64,000 nt of DNA. It comes from Candidatus Avimonas intestinalis. Its GTDB lineage: Bacteria; Bacillota; Clostridia; Oscillospirales; Acutalibacteraceae. Under the pieces are notes generated by a model that saw nothing but the letters and a program-made list of their open reading frames with translations, searched no databases and was not told the origin of the DNA. Position 1 is the stretch's first letter. Each line of letters opens with the position of its first letter. The position numbers were made by a program, and so were the translations under genes. Positions 56,194 through 64,000 of this stretch are shown here, one piece after another. The stretch is from positions 1,330-65,329 of the forward strand of contig CAJFID010000006.1 in assembly GCA_904380375.1 (NCBI GenBank). The letters run 5' to 3'.

Positions 56194-56233
56194 GGCAAAC
56201 AGGACGCCGCGGGCTGCGCCGTCCTGCCGTTTG
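56194..56233 (-). terminator. possible terminator after the acetyltransferase gene
   Basis: Stem CAGGACGCCGC / GCGCCGTCCTG (one mismatch) with a 5-nt loop. The minus-strand tail is TTTGCCTGT. Confidence 0.35.
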
Positions 56234-56872
56234 TCACGCTTCGCCAGAGGAAGCGAGGATTTCCGCCAGCCCGTTTTCCGCCGGCCGGTACCGCCGCCCG
56301 CAGTGGGGGCAGGAAAGCCCCTCGTCCAGGACTGCGCCGCATTCGCAGGCCCAGCCGATCCGGCGGGCGGGGACGCCCGCCATCAGCGCGTGGTCCGGCA
56401 CGTCCTTGGTCACCACCGCGCCGGCGGCGATCAGGGCGTTTCTGCCGATGGTATGCCCGCACACCACCGTCGCGTTGGCGCCGATGGTCGCGCCTTGGCG
56501 GACCAGCGTCCTTTTGTACCCCGCGCTTCCCTTGGGGTAGCGGCTCCGGGGGGTGAGGTCGTTGGTAAAGACCATGGACGGCCCGCAGAAGACGTAATCC
56601 TCCAGCTCCACCCCTTCGTAAAGGGAGACGTTGTTCTGCACCTTGACGTGGTCGCCTACCCGGACGTTGTTCGAAACATTGACGTTCTGCCCGAAGGAGC
56701 AGTGCGCGCCGATCACCGCGCCGGTCTGGATATGGCAGAAATGCCAGATCTTCGTCCCCTCGCCGATGGTCACGCCGTCGTCCACATAGCTGCTCTCGTG
56801 TACAAAATAGGGCAGGTCCCCCGCCTCCGGCGCGGTGTTCGCCGCCTTTTGGGGATGATTCCTGTTATTCAT
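56234..56872 (-). CDS. left-handed beta-helix (hexapeptide) sugar N-acetyltransferase, WbpD/WlbB-like
   Basis: 212 aa from the ATG at 56872. Hexapeptide repeats (IGEGTKIWHFCHIQTGAVIGAHCSFGQNVNVSNNVRVGDHVKVQNNVSL) and a C-terminal Cys pair CECG...CPHCG. Confidence 0.82.
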   Translation of the reverse strand: MNNRNHPQKAANTAPEAGDLPYFVHESSYVDDGVTIGEGTKIWHFCHIQTGAVIGAHCSFGQNVNVSNNVRVGDHVKVQNNVSLYEGVELEDYVFCGPSMVFTNDLTPRSRYPKGSAGYKRTLVRQGATIGANATVVCGHTIGRNALIAAGAVVTKDVPDHALMAGVPARRIGWACECGAVLDEGLSCPHCGRRYRPAENGLAEILASSGEA

Positions 56873-57944
56873 GGTCAAAACGCCCCGCAAAGTCCAGGGT
56901 GGAGCAGTCGGCCAGCGGCAGCTTGACCGGGCGGTGCTCCGCCGCCGAGAGGTAGATGGCCAGTACCAGCTCGAGCGCCCTCCGTCCGGCCTCGGCGTCG
57001 ACATAGGGCTTGCGGCCGGTCTGGATCGCGTTCATCACGTCGGCGTACAGCGGGGTGTGGCCGAAGCCGTATACGTTGGGGGGATTTTCGTGGAAACGGG
57101 CCTTGACCTCTTCGGCGTCGTCCAGGCCGTCGCCGAAGAGCCACTCTTCAATGACGTTGACCGACTTGCCGCCCGCCTTGACCGTGCCCTTTTCCCCGAA
57201 CAGGTAAAGGGTTTCCTCAAGGTTTTTGGGGAAGACGTTGGTCGTCCCTTCGATAATGCCATAGGCGCCATTGCGGAAACGCACCACCGCGATGCCGAGG
57301 TCCTCCGCCTCAATATAGGGGTGGCCCAGGTTATCGGTGTAGGCCATGACCTCGTCCACCTCGTCGCCCATCATCCAGCGCAGCAGGTCGATGTTGTGGA
57401 TGCACTGGTTCATCAGCGCGCCGCCGTCCTGCTCCCAGGTGCCGCGCCAGGGGGCCTGCTCGTAATACGAGGGCCCGCGGTTCCAGCGGATGTGCGCCGT
57501 CCCGTGGAAGAGCCGGCCGAACCGGCCCTGCTCCATCGCCTCCCGGATCTTCTGCACCGATTTGTTGAAGCGGTTCTGATGGCAGGCGCAGACGCAGACG
57601 CCCTTTTCCTTTGAAAGCGCGATAATCCTGTCCGCGTCCTTCAGCGAAAGGGCGATCGGCTTTTCAATAATGACGTTGACGCCGGCCGCGATGCAGTCGA
57701 GCGCGATGGCGGCGTGCTTGCCGCTTTCGGTGGCGATGGCGACCAGGTCAAGCTTCTCGTTTTTCAGCATTTCCCTGTAGTCGGTGTATTTTTTCACCGA
57801 GGCGGGGAGCTGGAATTTCTCGGCTTTCTCCTCCATGTGGGAAGGGTCGATGTCGCAGAGCGCGACAATGTTGAGCTTGTTTTCAAGCGCGGCGGCGACA
57901 TGGTTGAAGGAGATGCGGCCGCAGCCGATCAGCGCGTAATTCAT
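56865..57944 (-). CDS. Gfo/Idh/MocA oxidoreductase, WbpB/WlbA-like
   Basis: 359 aa. Motifs NYALIGCGRIS and VIIEKP. Overlaps the downstream acetyltransferase start by 8 nt. Confidence 0.8.
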   Translation of the reverse strand: MNYALIGCGRISFNHVAAALENKLNIVALCDIDPSHMEEKAEKFQLPASVKKYTDYREMLKNEKLDLVAIATESGKHAAIALDCIAAGVNVIIEKPIALSLKDADRIIALSKEKGVCVCACHQNRFNKSVQKIREAMEQGRFGRLFHGTAHIRWNRGPSYYEQAPWRGTWEQDGGALMNQCIHNIDLLRWMMGDEVDEVMAYTDNLGHPYIEAEDLGIAVVRFRNGAYGIIEGTTNVFPKNLEETLYLFGEKGTVKAGGKSVNVIEEWLFGDGLDDAEEVKARFHENPPNVYGFGHTPLYADVMNAIQTGRKPYVDAEAGRRALELVLAIYLSAAEHRPVKLPLADCSTLDFAGRFDHE

Positions 57945-57960
57945 GGGAATGCCCCTCTTT

Positions 57961-59073
57961 CTATTCCTTTTTCATTTGGGCCTCGTTAAGAATTTCCAAT
58001 ATCCGTTCGGCCGCGCGGCCGGTCCCGTAGTACGGCGGGCGGTTGGCCTCGTCAATCGGGGTGTGGTACACCTTGTCCAGGATATCCCCGGTCAGCGGCT
58101 TGGCCAGGACGTTGTGTCCGCCGTTCAGGGTTTCCACCCATTCGGTCTGGTCGCGGACCGTGACGCAGGGGGTATTTAGGATATACGCCTCCTTCTGCAG
58201 GCCGCCTGAGTCGGTCACCGCCTTGACCGCGTTTTTGGTGAAGTAGAGCATATCGAGATACCCCATCGGCTCGGTAAACAGGATGTTGCGGTAGCCGTGG
58301 GCGGCGCAGAGCTCCCGGACCATCCCCTTGGTGCGGGGATGGACGGGGAAAAGCACCGGGGCGTCGAGCTGCTCAAAGGCGTTCAGCACCTGGCGGATTT
58401 TTTCCAGCGAATCGGTATTCTCCGCCCGGTGGATGGTGGCAAGATACCAGCGCTCGACCGGCTCCACCGGGCCGAAAAGCCCCTGCAGCCGGCTGAAATA
58501 GAAGCTGGGCGGGTTCTTTTCCATCTCCCGGGAATAGTGCAGCACCGCGTCGCACATCACATCCCCGACGTTGTACACGCCGCGGGTGATCCCCTCGTCC
58601 CGGAGATGGTTCACCGCCGTATCGGTGGGGCAGAACAGGAGGCGGGAGATCCGGTCGGTCAGGATCCGGTTCTGCTCCTCCGGCATGGCCATGTTGAAGG
58701 AGCGCAGGCCGGCTTCCACATGGATGACCGGGATCAGGATTTTGGATGCGGCGATTGCCCCGGCCAAGGTGGAGTTGGTATCGCCGTAGACCATCAGGTA
58801 GTCCGGCTTTTCCTTAAGCAGGATATCCTCAATACCGACCATCATCGCCGCCGTCTGCCTGGCGTGGCTGCCCGAGCCCACGCCGAGGTTGTAGTCCGGG
58901 CGGGGGATCTGCAGCTCCTCAAAAAAGATGTCGGACATGTTGCTGTCGTAATGCTGGCCGGTGTGGACCAAAATTTCCGTATGCTCCTTGCGCAGCACGC
59001 GGGAAACGGCCGCCGCCTTGACAAACTGCGGCCGTGCCCCGACCACGGTGACGATTTTTAACGGGATTGTCAT
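57961..59073 (-). CDS. wecB: UDP-N-acetylglucosamine 2-epimerase (non-hydrolysing, WecB-like)
   Basis: 370 aa. Motifs VVGARPQFVKA, YGDTNSTLAGA and HVEAGLRS. Confidence 0.88.
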   Translation of the reverse strand: MTIPLKIVTVVGARPQFVKAAAVSRVLRKEHTEILVHTGQHYDSNMSDIFFEELQIPRPDYNLGVGSGSHARQTAAMMVGIEDILLKEKPDYLMVYGDTNSTLAGAIAASKILIPVIHVEAGLRSFNMAMPEEQNRILTDRISRLLFCPTDTAVNHLRDEGITRGVYNVGDVMCDAVLHYSREMEKNPPSFYFSRLQGLFGPVEPVERWYLATIHRAENTDSLEKIRQVLNAFEQLDAPVLFPVHPRTKGMVRELCAAHGYRNILFTEPMGYLDMLYFTKNAVKAVTDSGGLQKEAYILNTPCVTVRDQTEWVETLNGGHNVLAKPLTGDILDKVYHTPIDEANRPPYYGTGRAAERILEILNEAQMKKE

Positions 59074-59124
59074 AAAATACCACCTTATACTTGGTCTTCA
59101 GCGTGTGATATTACACGTCTGCAA

Positions 59125-60270
59125 TTACCGCCTAGGGTTCTGCAAAACCTCTTGATACACCGCCATAATCTGTTGGCAGACGGCTTGTTGCGAAAAACGG
59201 CGCCGGCAGTCCTCCCGGATTACGCCGGGGTCGTACCGGTCGTAATGGTCAATCAAGCTTTGCATGCTTTCCGTCAGCGCCGGAATGTCCTCCAGCGGCA
59301 CAACAAAGCCGTTCTTTTCATTGACAATGGTTTTGGAAGCGTCGGTAGCGGCCATAATTACCGGTTTGCCACAGGCCAATGCCTCAATAAACACAATGCC
59401 GAAGGTTTCAAATCGGCTTGGCAGCACGAACGCTTGGGCCTGCTGCATTTGCCGGCATACGTCTTGCCTTGACAGATTGCCGGTGAAGGTGACGCAGGAC
59501 GCCACCCCTTCGTCAGCAGCCTGTTTTTTAAGAGATTCTTTTTCCGGCCCGTCCCCGCAGATAACCAGCTCGCTATGTGGATAGCTTTTTTCCAGCTGAG
59601 CAAAAGCGGCGATCAAGAGGTCCATCCCCTTATGGCGGTTCAGATAGCCGACCGAAAGAAAACGGAAAGGCGGCGCTGCCTGTGCGGAACTGCAATCCAT
59701 CTTCTCCTCCGCCCCTTGCTGAAAGAAGGAGTCGCTGACCATATTGGGGATTACAATAGGCTCTTTATTACAGTAAGGGGCGATCCGTGCCTTTAAGCCG
59801 TCGCTGACGGCGACCACCCGCCGGGCGGCGCGGAACCCTCTCCGCGCAATCCATTTTTTTCGCCGTGTCAAGAGGTTGCGGGCAAACGCGGAGCTGTGTT
59901 CCGTGACAATATAAGGGATCCGGTATTTACGGGAAAGCAAACGGGCGTAAGAAGTGGCCATAAAGGAATGCACATGGATGATATCCGGGGGGGATTCCTT
60001 AAAAAATTTGCGGAAGGCCTCCATCACATAATGCCGCTGCAGGAGGAAGTTGATGTGGTAAGGAGAATGCTTATAGTGGACCAGGACGGTGCGGACCCCC
60101 TCGTCGTCCAGCTCCTCAAAATACACCTTGTCTTTGGCGTCGCTGTACCAGTAGAGAAGGCTCACCGTACAGCCAGCTTTGGCGAGGGCGATTGCCTGCT
60201 CTCGAAAGAAAGAACCGACTTGCGGAGATGTGGCAGAACGATACCACGACGGAATCACCAAGACATGCAT
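59125..60270 (-). CDS. glycosyltransferase family 4
   Basis: 381 aa from the ATG at 60270 (MHVLVIPSWY). C-terminal motif SRFETFGIVFIEALACGKPVI (E-x7-E type). Confidence 0.85.
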   Translation of the reverse strand: MHVLVIPSWYRSATSPQVGSFFREQAIALAKAGCTVSLLYWYSDAKDKVYFEELDDEGVRTVLVHYKHSPYHINFLLQRHYVMEAFRKFFKESPPDIIHVHSFMATSYARLLSRKYRIPYIVTEHSSAFARNLLTRRKKWIARRGFRAARRVVAVSDGLKARIAPYCNKEPIVIPNMVSDSFFQQGAEEKMDCSSAQAAPPFRFLSVGYLNRHKGMDLLIAAFAQLEKSYPHSELVICGDGPEKESLKKQAADEGVASCVTFTGNLSRQDVCRQMQQAQAFVLPSRFETFGIVFIEALACGKPVIMAATDASKTIVNEKNGFVVPLEDIPALTESMQSLIDHYDRYDPGVIREDCRRRFSQQAVCQQIMAVYQEVLQNPRR

Positions 60271-60287
60271 AGCCAAAAGTTCCCTCC

Positions 60288-61751
60288 CTATTGTTTTTTC
60301 CTTCTGACCAATCCTCGCAGGATCTCCATCCCAAAGCGGAAAAGGTATTTTGCCTCCTGGCGATAAATGAGTATAAGTAGCGCCAGCAGGGCCACCACTA
60401 GGGCGTATTTCAGTACCGCCGCCGAAACCAGCCAATTGATAAGGGCGGCGCTAAACAAAATGGCAATGGCGCCGAAGGTTTGAGGAAAGTTGGTGACGCA
60501 GGCATAATATTTCTCGCCAAGGATGGTTTTAAAAATCAGCATCACAATCGCGGAAGCACTGGAGGCAATTGCCGCGCCGGCAACCCCGACCATTGGAAGA
60601 AAGATTATGCACAGCAGAATATTGACGGTCACGTTGGCGGCAAAAGTGATTACATTGAGATAAGTCTTTTTGGAAAGGTTGATGCCGACGCCCGTCGTTT
60701 CGGCAATGGTGTAGCAGATAGGGGAGAGGAGCAGGAAGGGGAAAAACGCTTTGCCAGCGCGGAATTTTTCCCCAAGCAGGAGATAAATGATATCTTGTCC
60801 TAAAATGATGCACAGCCCCAAAGCGACAGCACAGAAGGTAATCAGACGATGCACTTTCTGAATCTGGGACTGCCGCGTCTGGTAGTTTTCATATACAAAT
60901 GGATACCAATAGGTGTTAAAGCCGGTTTGCAGAAGGTTTACGATGTTGGCGACAGCGACAGCGTTGGTATATATACCGATCGCGGCAAAATCCACATAGT
61001 TGCGGATAAACAGCTGGCCGACGGAATTGTTTGCCCAAGAAAGGACGGAAACTGGTACGAGCGGCAAAGAAAAGGAAAACAATGCCTTTACCATGCCGGA
61101 GGAGAGGCGGAACGAACGCGTCAGGCAGTTCCTGGACTGGATTACAAAAAGGATCAGCGTCATCAGAAGATATCCGCCGGTCAGCAGGACAATGGCATAC
61201 AGATGGTTCGGATTCCAGAAGGCCACGAGGACATACAGGAGGCGGTTGATTACCGCCAAAGCAATTGTCTGCGCGGAATACAAACCTGCTTTGGATTTCA
61301 TCCGAGCTGCCAGGTTGAAAAACCGGATGGCGATGTTGGCCACCAGGGCCAGCGCAAGGCAAACGGCGATAATAAAGGATTCGCTGCCGCTGATCCCGAC
61401 GGAGAGGGGACTCCAGAACAGGAAAATACCGATGGTCAGGACCCCCGCAAACGCCTCGGAAAGTCCTAGGCAGATGGTGAACAGACCCTTTTGGCTTTGT
61501 CCTTCCGGCGGGTCGAAGTAAAAGCGGATGTACGCCTGATCAAGCCCCAGATAGGCGAACATCAGGAACATATTTATATAGGTGGAGAAGAGATTGATCT
61601 TCCCCACTTCCTCTGGAGAGAACAGGCGGGTGGTGATGGGGGAGGAAAGGAAGCTTAAGACAAAGCTGACCCATGTTGCAGCGGAAAAGCCGGCCAGTTT
61701 TTTGATAAAGTTTTTTCCGGAAATGCCGGAGGTTTGATTTCCCATAAGCAA
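60288..61751 (-). CDS. wzx: oligosaccharide flippase (Wzx, MOP superfamily)
   Basis: 487 aa with ~12-14 TM helices, in a polysaccharide-locus context. Confidence 0.8.
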   Translation of the reverse strand: MLMGNQTSGISGKNFIKKLAGFSAATWVSFVLSFLSSPITTRLFSPEEVGKINLFSTYINMFLMFAYLGLDQAYIRFYFDPPEGQSQKGLFTICLGLSEAFAGVLTIGIFLFWSPLSVGISGSESFIIAVCLALALVANIAIRFFNLAARMKSKAGLYSAQTIALAVINRLLYVLVAFWNPNHLYAIVLLTGGYLLMTLILFVIQSRNCLTRSFRLSSGMVKALFSFSLPLVPVSVLSWANNSVGQLFIRNYVDFAAIGIYTNAVAVANIVNLLQTGFNTYWYPFVYENYQTRQSQIQKVHRLITFCAVALGLCIILGQDIIYLLLGEKFRAGKAFFPFLLLSPICYTIAETTGVGINLSKKTYLNVITFAANVTVNILLCIIFLPMVGVAGAAIASSASAIVMLIFKTILGEKYYACVTNFPQTFGAIAILFSAALINWLVSAAVLKYALVVALLALLILIYRQEAKYLFRFGMEILRGLVRRKKQ

Positions 61752-61814
61752 ATTTCCTTATTTTTGAAATAGAGTAAATGAAGATGCGTTCTCTGATTGC
61801 GATACGAGTTTTGT

Positions 61815-63011
61815 TCATTTTAAGTGGGTATTCAGCAGCTTTTCATACCGCTGATTTTGTCTACCTCGGGAATAGTTTTCCGGTTGAAGCCCAGGACTGA
61901 GCGTAGACAACTGGTCGTTAAGAATACGGGATACGGCCTGCTGGATTTCTTCTTTGGAATTGCAGATAAAGCAGTTCTCAAATTGCGACAAAAATTTGGA
62001 GTAATAAATCTCCGGGGGCGAAATACTAATAATCGGGCGGTTCAGATAGATATAGTCAAACACTTTTGTACCGAGACCGGTGGGATGAACATATTCTGAA
62101 GCTAAAATATCGCTTTGGCTTAATGCTTCCATTCCTTTTGGATAGTCCATATCGCCGTATCCGATATAGACTGCGGGATCCAGACGCTGCTTACGGATAT
62201 ACTCTCCAATCAAAGGATTCGGGGCGCCGATATGATGCAGGGCAATATCGGTGCCCTGCCGGCGCAACGTATCAAGGGCTTCCAGAAGCCAACCGCCCCG
62301 TTGCGGAGAATATACCATGAATTTGCCAAAATAGCCGACCCGGACGCAAGAAACGGCGTCTGACCTGCGCCAGGTATTCGGCGGAGGGAGTACGCTGTCG
62401 TCATAGCCGTTGTAAATGGTAGTGATGGCCGATGGCGGAATATGAAAAGCGGATTGGGTCTTCTTCTGATCGCCTGGACAAACAACCACAAGATGAGCGG
62501 CGCTTTTCGCGCACTGCTTTTCGCGGCTGGCTTCCCAATAGGCAACGGCGCGGTTTTTCATCCGCAGCAGAAGGGAGGATGCAGAGGGAGGGGCATTCAA
62601 ACCGCCCAGATCTCGATAGTCAATGATATATGGCAGCGAATACTTTTGACTTATTTTTTTTATATGGTGAATCGTATAAAACGGGCCGCAGGAGACCAGC
62701 ATCAAATCAAACGTGTTTGTTTGTAGGTACGCCTCCAATTGCCGGCGGAATTCCTCGGCGCGGATCCGTTCCCTTTTTATATAATGCAGCCCCTTACCAT
62801 TGATAACGGAGAAGCGAACCGCCGTCACATTTTCCGGAACAGGAGAATTGAGGCATTCCGATCCAGCTTCCTCTTTCAAGGATTTTTCATCCAGGGCGAA
62901 CACTGTTACGCTGTGGCCTTTCTTCGCCAGGTAACGGGACAAGCTGACCATCCGGACGCTGCCTACCCGGGAATAGGGCGCGTAATAGGGAGAAACGATC
63001 AGTAATTTCAT
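61815..63011 (-). CDS. glycosyltransferase (GT-B, GT4-like)
   Basis: 398 aa. The N-terminus MKLLIVSPYYAPYSRVGSVRMVSLSRYLAKKGHSVTVF is typical of GT4-like enzymes. Confidence 0.68.
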   Translation of the reverse strand: MKLLIVSPYYAPYSRVGSVRMVSLSRYLAKKGHSVTVFALDEKSLKEEAGSECLNSPVPENVTAVRFSVINGKGLHYIKRERIRAEEFRRQLEAYLQTNTFDLMLVSCGPFYTIHHIKKISQKYSLPYIIDYRDLGGLNAPPSASSLLLRMKNRAVAYWEASREKQCAKSAAHLVVVCPGDQKKTQSAFHIPPSAITTIYNGYDDSVLPPPNTWRRSDAVSCVRVGYFGKFMVYSPQRGGWLLEALDTLRRQGTDIALHHIGAPNPLIGEYIRKQRLDPAVYIGYGDMDYPKGMEALSQSDILASEYVHPTGLGTKVFDYIYLNRPIISISPPEIYYSKFLSQFENCFICNSKEEIQQAVSRILNDQLSTLSPGLQPENYSRGRQNQRYEKLLNTHLK

Positions 63012-63108
63012 GATATTGTTCCTTTACTGATGATTATTTGTGTTTTGGGAGAAAAGTATGGCTAGATATGGGATTCAGACGATTGGTTGATTCCTTGGAT
63101 CCGGTTCT

Positions 63109-64000
63109 TTAGCCGTAGGCCCCACTGTTTGTGGAGCGGAGATTGTTCGATATCGGGCGTCGACAGCATCCCTGAAAGGCGATCGCTACCGCCCAGAAAA
63201 CCCAGAGCCATTCCATCCCCATGACCGAGCTGGGACTGATGCCCCCGAGAATGAATCCGACCATGCAGCAAAGCAGGCCGAGGCAGATCGATTTTACCGT
63301 CGGGTCGTCGGTACTCCGCATGCCATGATAGAGATCCCGGAACAGCTTCACATAAAAGATCAGGTAGGCAGCGAAAATGAGTACGCCAAATTCGGTTAAA
63401 ACTTGCATCCACCAGTTGTGCATATTAAAAATTCCTTCCGTAGGGAAAGCGGGGGATGCAGCCATCCAGCTTTCAACGCCCCCTGCGCCGGTGCCTATGC
63501 CAAAGGTCCGCCCCAGGAAATAAAAGCCGTTTAAAATGAGATTGATCCGTGTGGAATTGGAGTTCATTTCTCCGGCCTTAAAATCAAAGCGGAATAAGGA
63601 AAACAGGGACTCGCGGATATTGGGGATCAGCAAGGCGATAACCGCCGCCGCGCCGGCTAAAATCGCCAGGTGCTTCGGCTTCGGCCGGAACACGACGATA
63701 ATATAAAAGGCGGCGCTCATGATCAGCCCCAGGAGGACCGCCCGCGACTGGGTCATCAGCGCTAGGACCAGGCTGCTGATCCCAATGGCGATGCTGGCGA
63801 TGCCCTCCCATTTTTTGCGCCGGCAGCGATAGCAGATAAAGCAGATAAAGATGCCGAAAAGCATCAGCAGGGCAAAGTTATTAGGGTTCCCCGTCCAGGA
63901 AATCGGTATCCGGCGGGACGATGTGGAGTAATGCGCTGCATTGGCAGGGCTGAGGAAGTGGTAGTTTCGGAAGATCACTTCGTACCACCCCATCAGGTTG
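63109..64000 (-). CDS. O-antigen ligase/polymerase-like (Wzy-type) membrane protein, 5' end outside the window
   Basis: Polytopic. The segment GNPNNFALLMLFG...ALMTQSRAVLLGL is Wzy_C-like. The frame stays open to the window edge, so the ATG at 63993 is probably internal. Confidence 0.6.
   Translation of the reverse strand, partial: NLMGWYEVIFRNYHFLSPANAAHYSTSSRRIPISWTGNPNNFALLMLFGIFICFICYRCRRKKWEGIASIAIGISSLVLALMTQSRAVLLGLIMSAAFYIIVVFRPKPKHLAILAGAAAVIALLIPNIRESLFSLFRFDFKAGEMNSNSTRINLILNGFYFLGRTFGIGTGAGGVESWMAASPAFPTEGIFNMHNWWMQVLTEFGVLIFAAYLIFYVKLFRDLYHGMRSTDDPTVKSICLGLLCCMVGFILGGISPSSVMGMEWLWVFWAVAIAFQGCCRRPISNNLRSTNSGAYG

Noticed and set aside
1-64000. Screen for rRNA, tRNA, CRISPR arrays, intact transposases/prophage genes, toxin-antitoxin or known defence-system genes
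   Set aside because: I could recognise none by eye. There are no spaced direct-repeat arrays, no cloverleaf-like segments in the intergenic regions, and no nuclease, helicase or methylase-type defence ORFs. The only mobile-element trace is the recombinase remnant at 12.1-12.9 kb. A tRNAscan/Infernal/defence-finder run would be needed to exclude them formally.

Overview
64-kb chromosomal segment of a high-GC, Gram-positive-type bacterium. It looks Clostridia-like: AGGAGG-type RBSs, TTGACA/TATAAT promoters, lipobox lipoproteins and a DUF4368-type serine-recombinase remnant. I saw no rRNA, tRNA or CRISPR array. Many long ORFs in the track are antisense shadows of real genes, as expected in GC-rich DNA. 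Layout: (i) 0-11.3 kb holds a divergent 2-hydroxyacid dehydrogenase / MATE exporter pair whose two promoters carry the same 18-bp palindrome. It is followed by a co-directional Opp/Dpp-type peptide ABC importer, a HisC-like aminotransferase and an Amt-like::P-II fusion that appears to lack the pore twin-His. (ii) 11.3-13.1 kb is a visibly AT-richer scar with a truncated exported protein and a decayed serine-recombinase C-terminus. (iii) 13.1-17.0 kb encodes a translationally coupled ABC exporter pair, one subunit with a ~125-aa P/A/E/K-rich N-terminal extension. (iv) 17.5-24.7 kb holds cysK, a TrmH-family methyltransferase, two small paralogous ORFs, a GH43 gene, and an M24-fold/EamA/Fe-ADH operon behind a consensus promoter plus a 30-bp palindrome. 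(v) 24.8-52.5 kb is a large glycan-utilisation island. It contains two LamG-only surface proteins and a kinase-less sugar rearrangement operon (Gfo/Idh/MocA, TIM-barrel isomerase, FucI-like isomerase, split transketolase, RpiB). It also contains a composite ATPase-less ABC import locus (two SBPs, one a 935-aa fusion, and two permease pairs separated by an NHL-propeller/TPR/Yip1 membrane protein and a 760-aa unknown secreted protein). LacI, GH2, a second copy of the 30-bp palindrome and two tandem Asp-box/CBM9-like paralogues complete it. (vi) 52.6-64 kb is a minus-strand surface-polysaccharide locus: fnlABC/capEFG-like L-FucNAc genes, WbpB/WbpD-like genes, a second 2-epimerase, then an AT-richer GT/Wzx/GT/Wzy block that runs off the window. 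The best candidate for an undescribed system is the composite ABC locus at 32.9-45.4 kb with its propeller-Yip1 and unknown 760-aa components, together with the adjacent kinase-less catabolic operon and the shared 30-bp palindrome. All family assignments come from motif recognition by eye; no searches were run.
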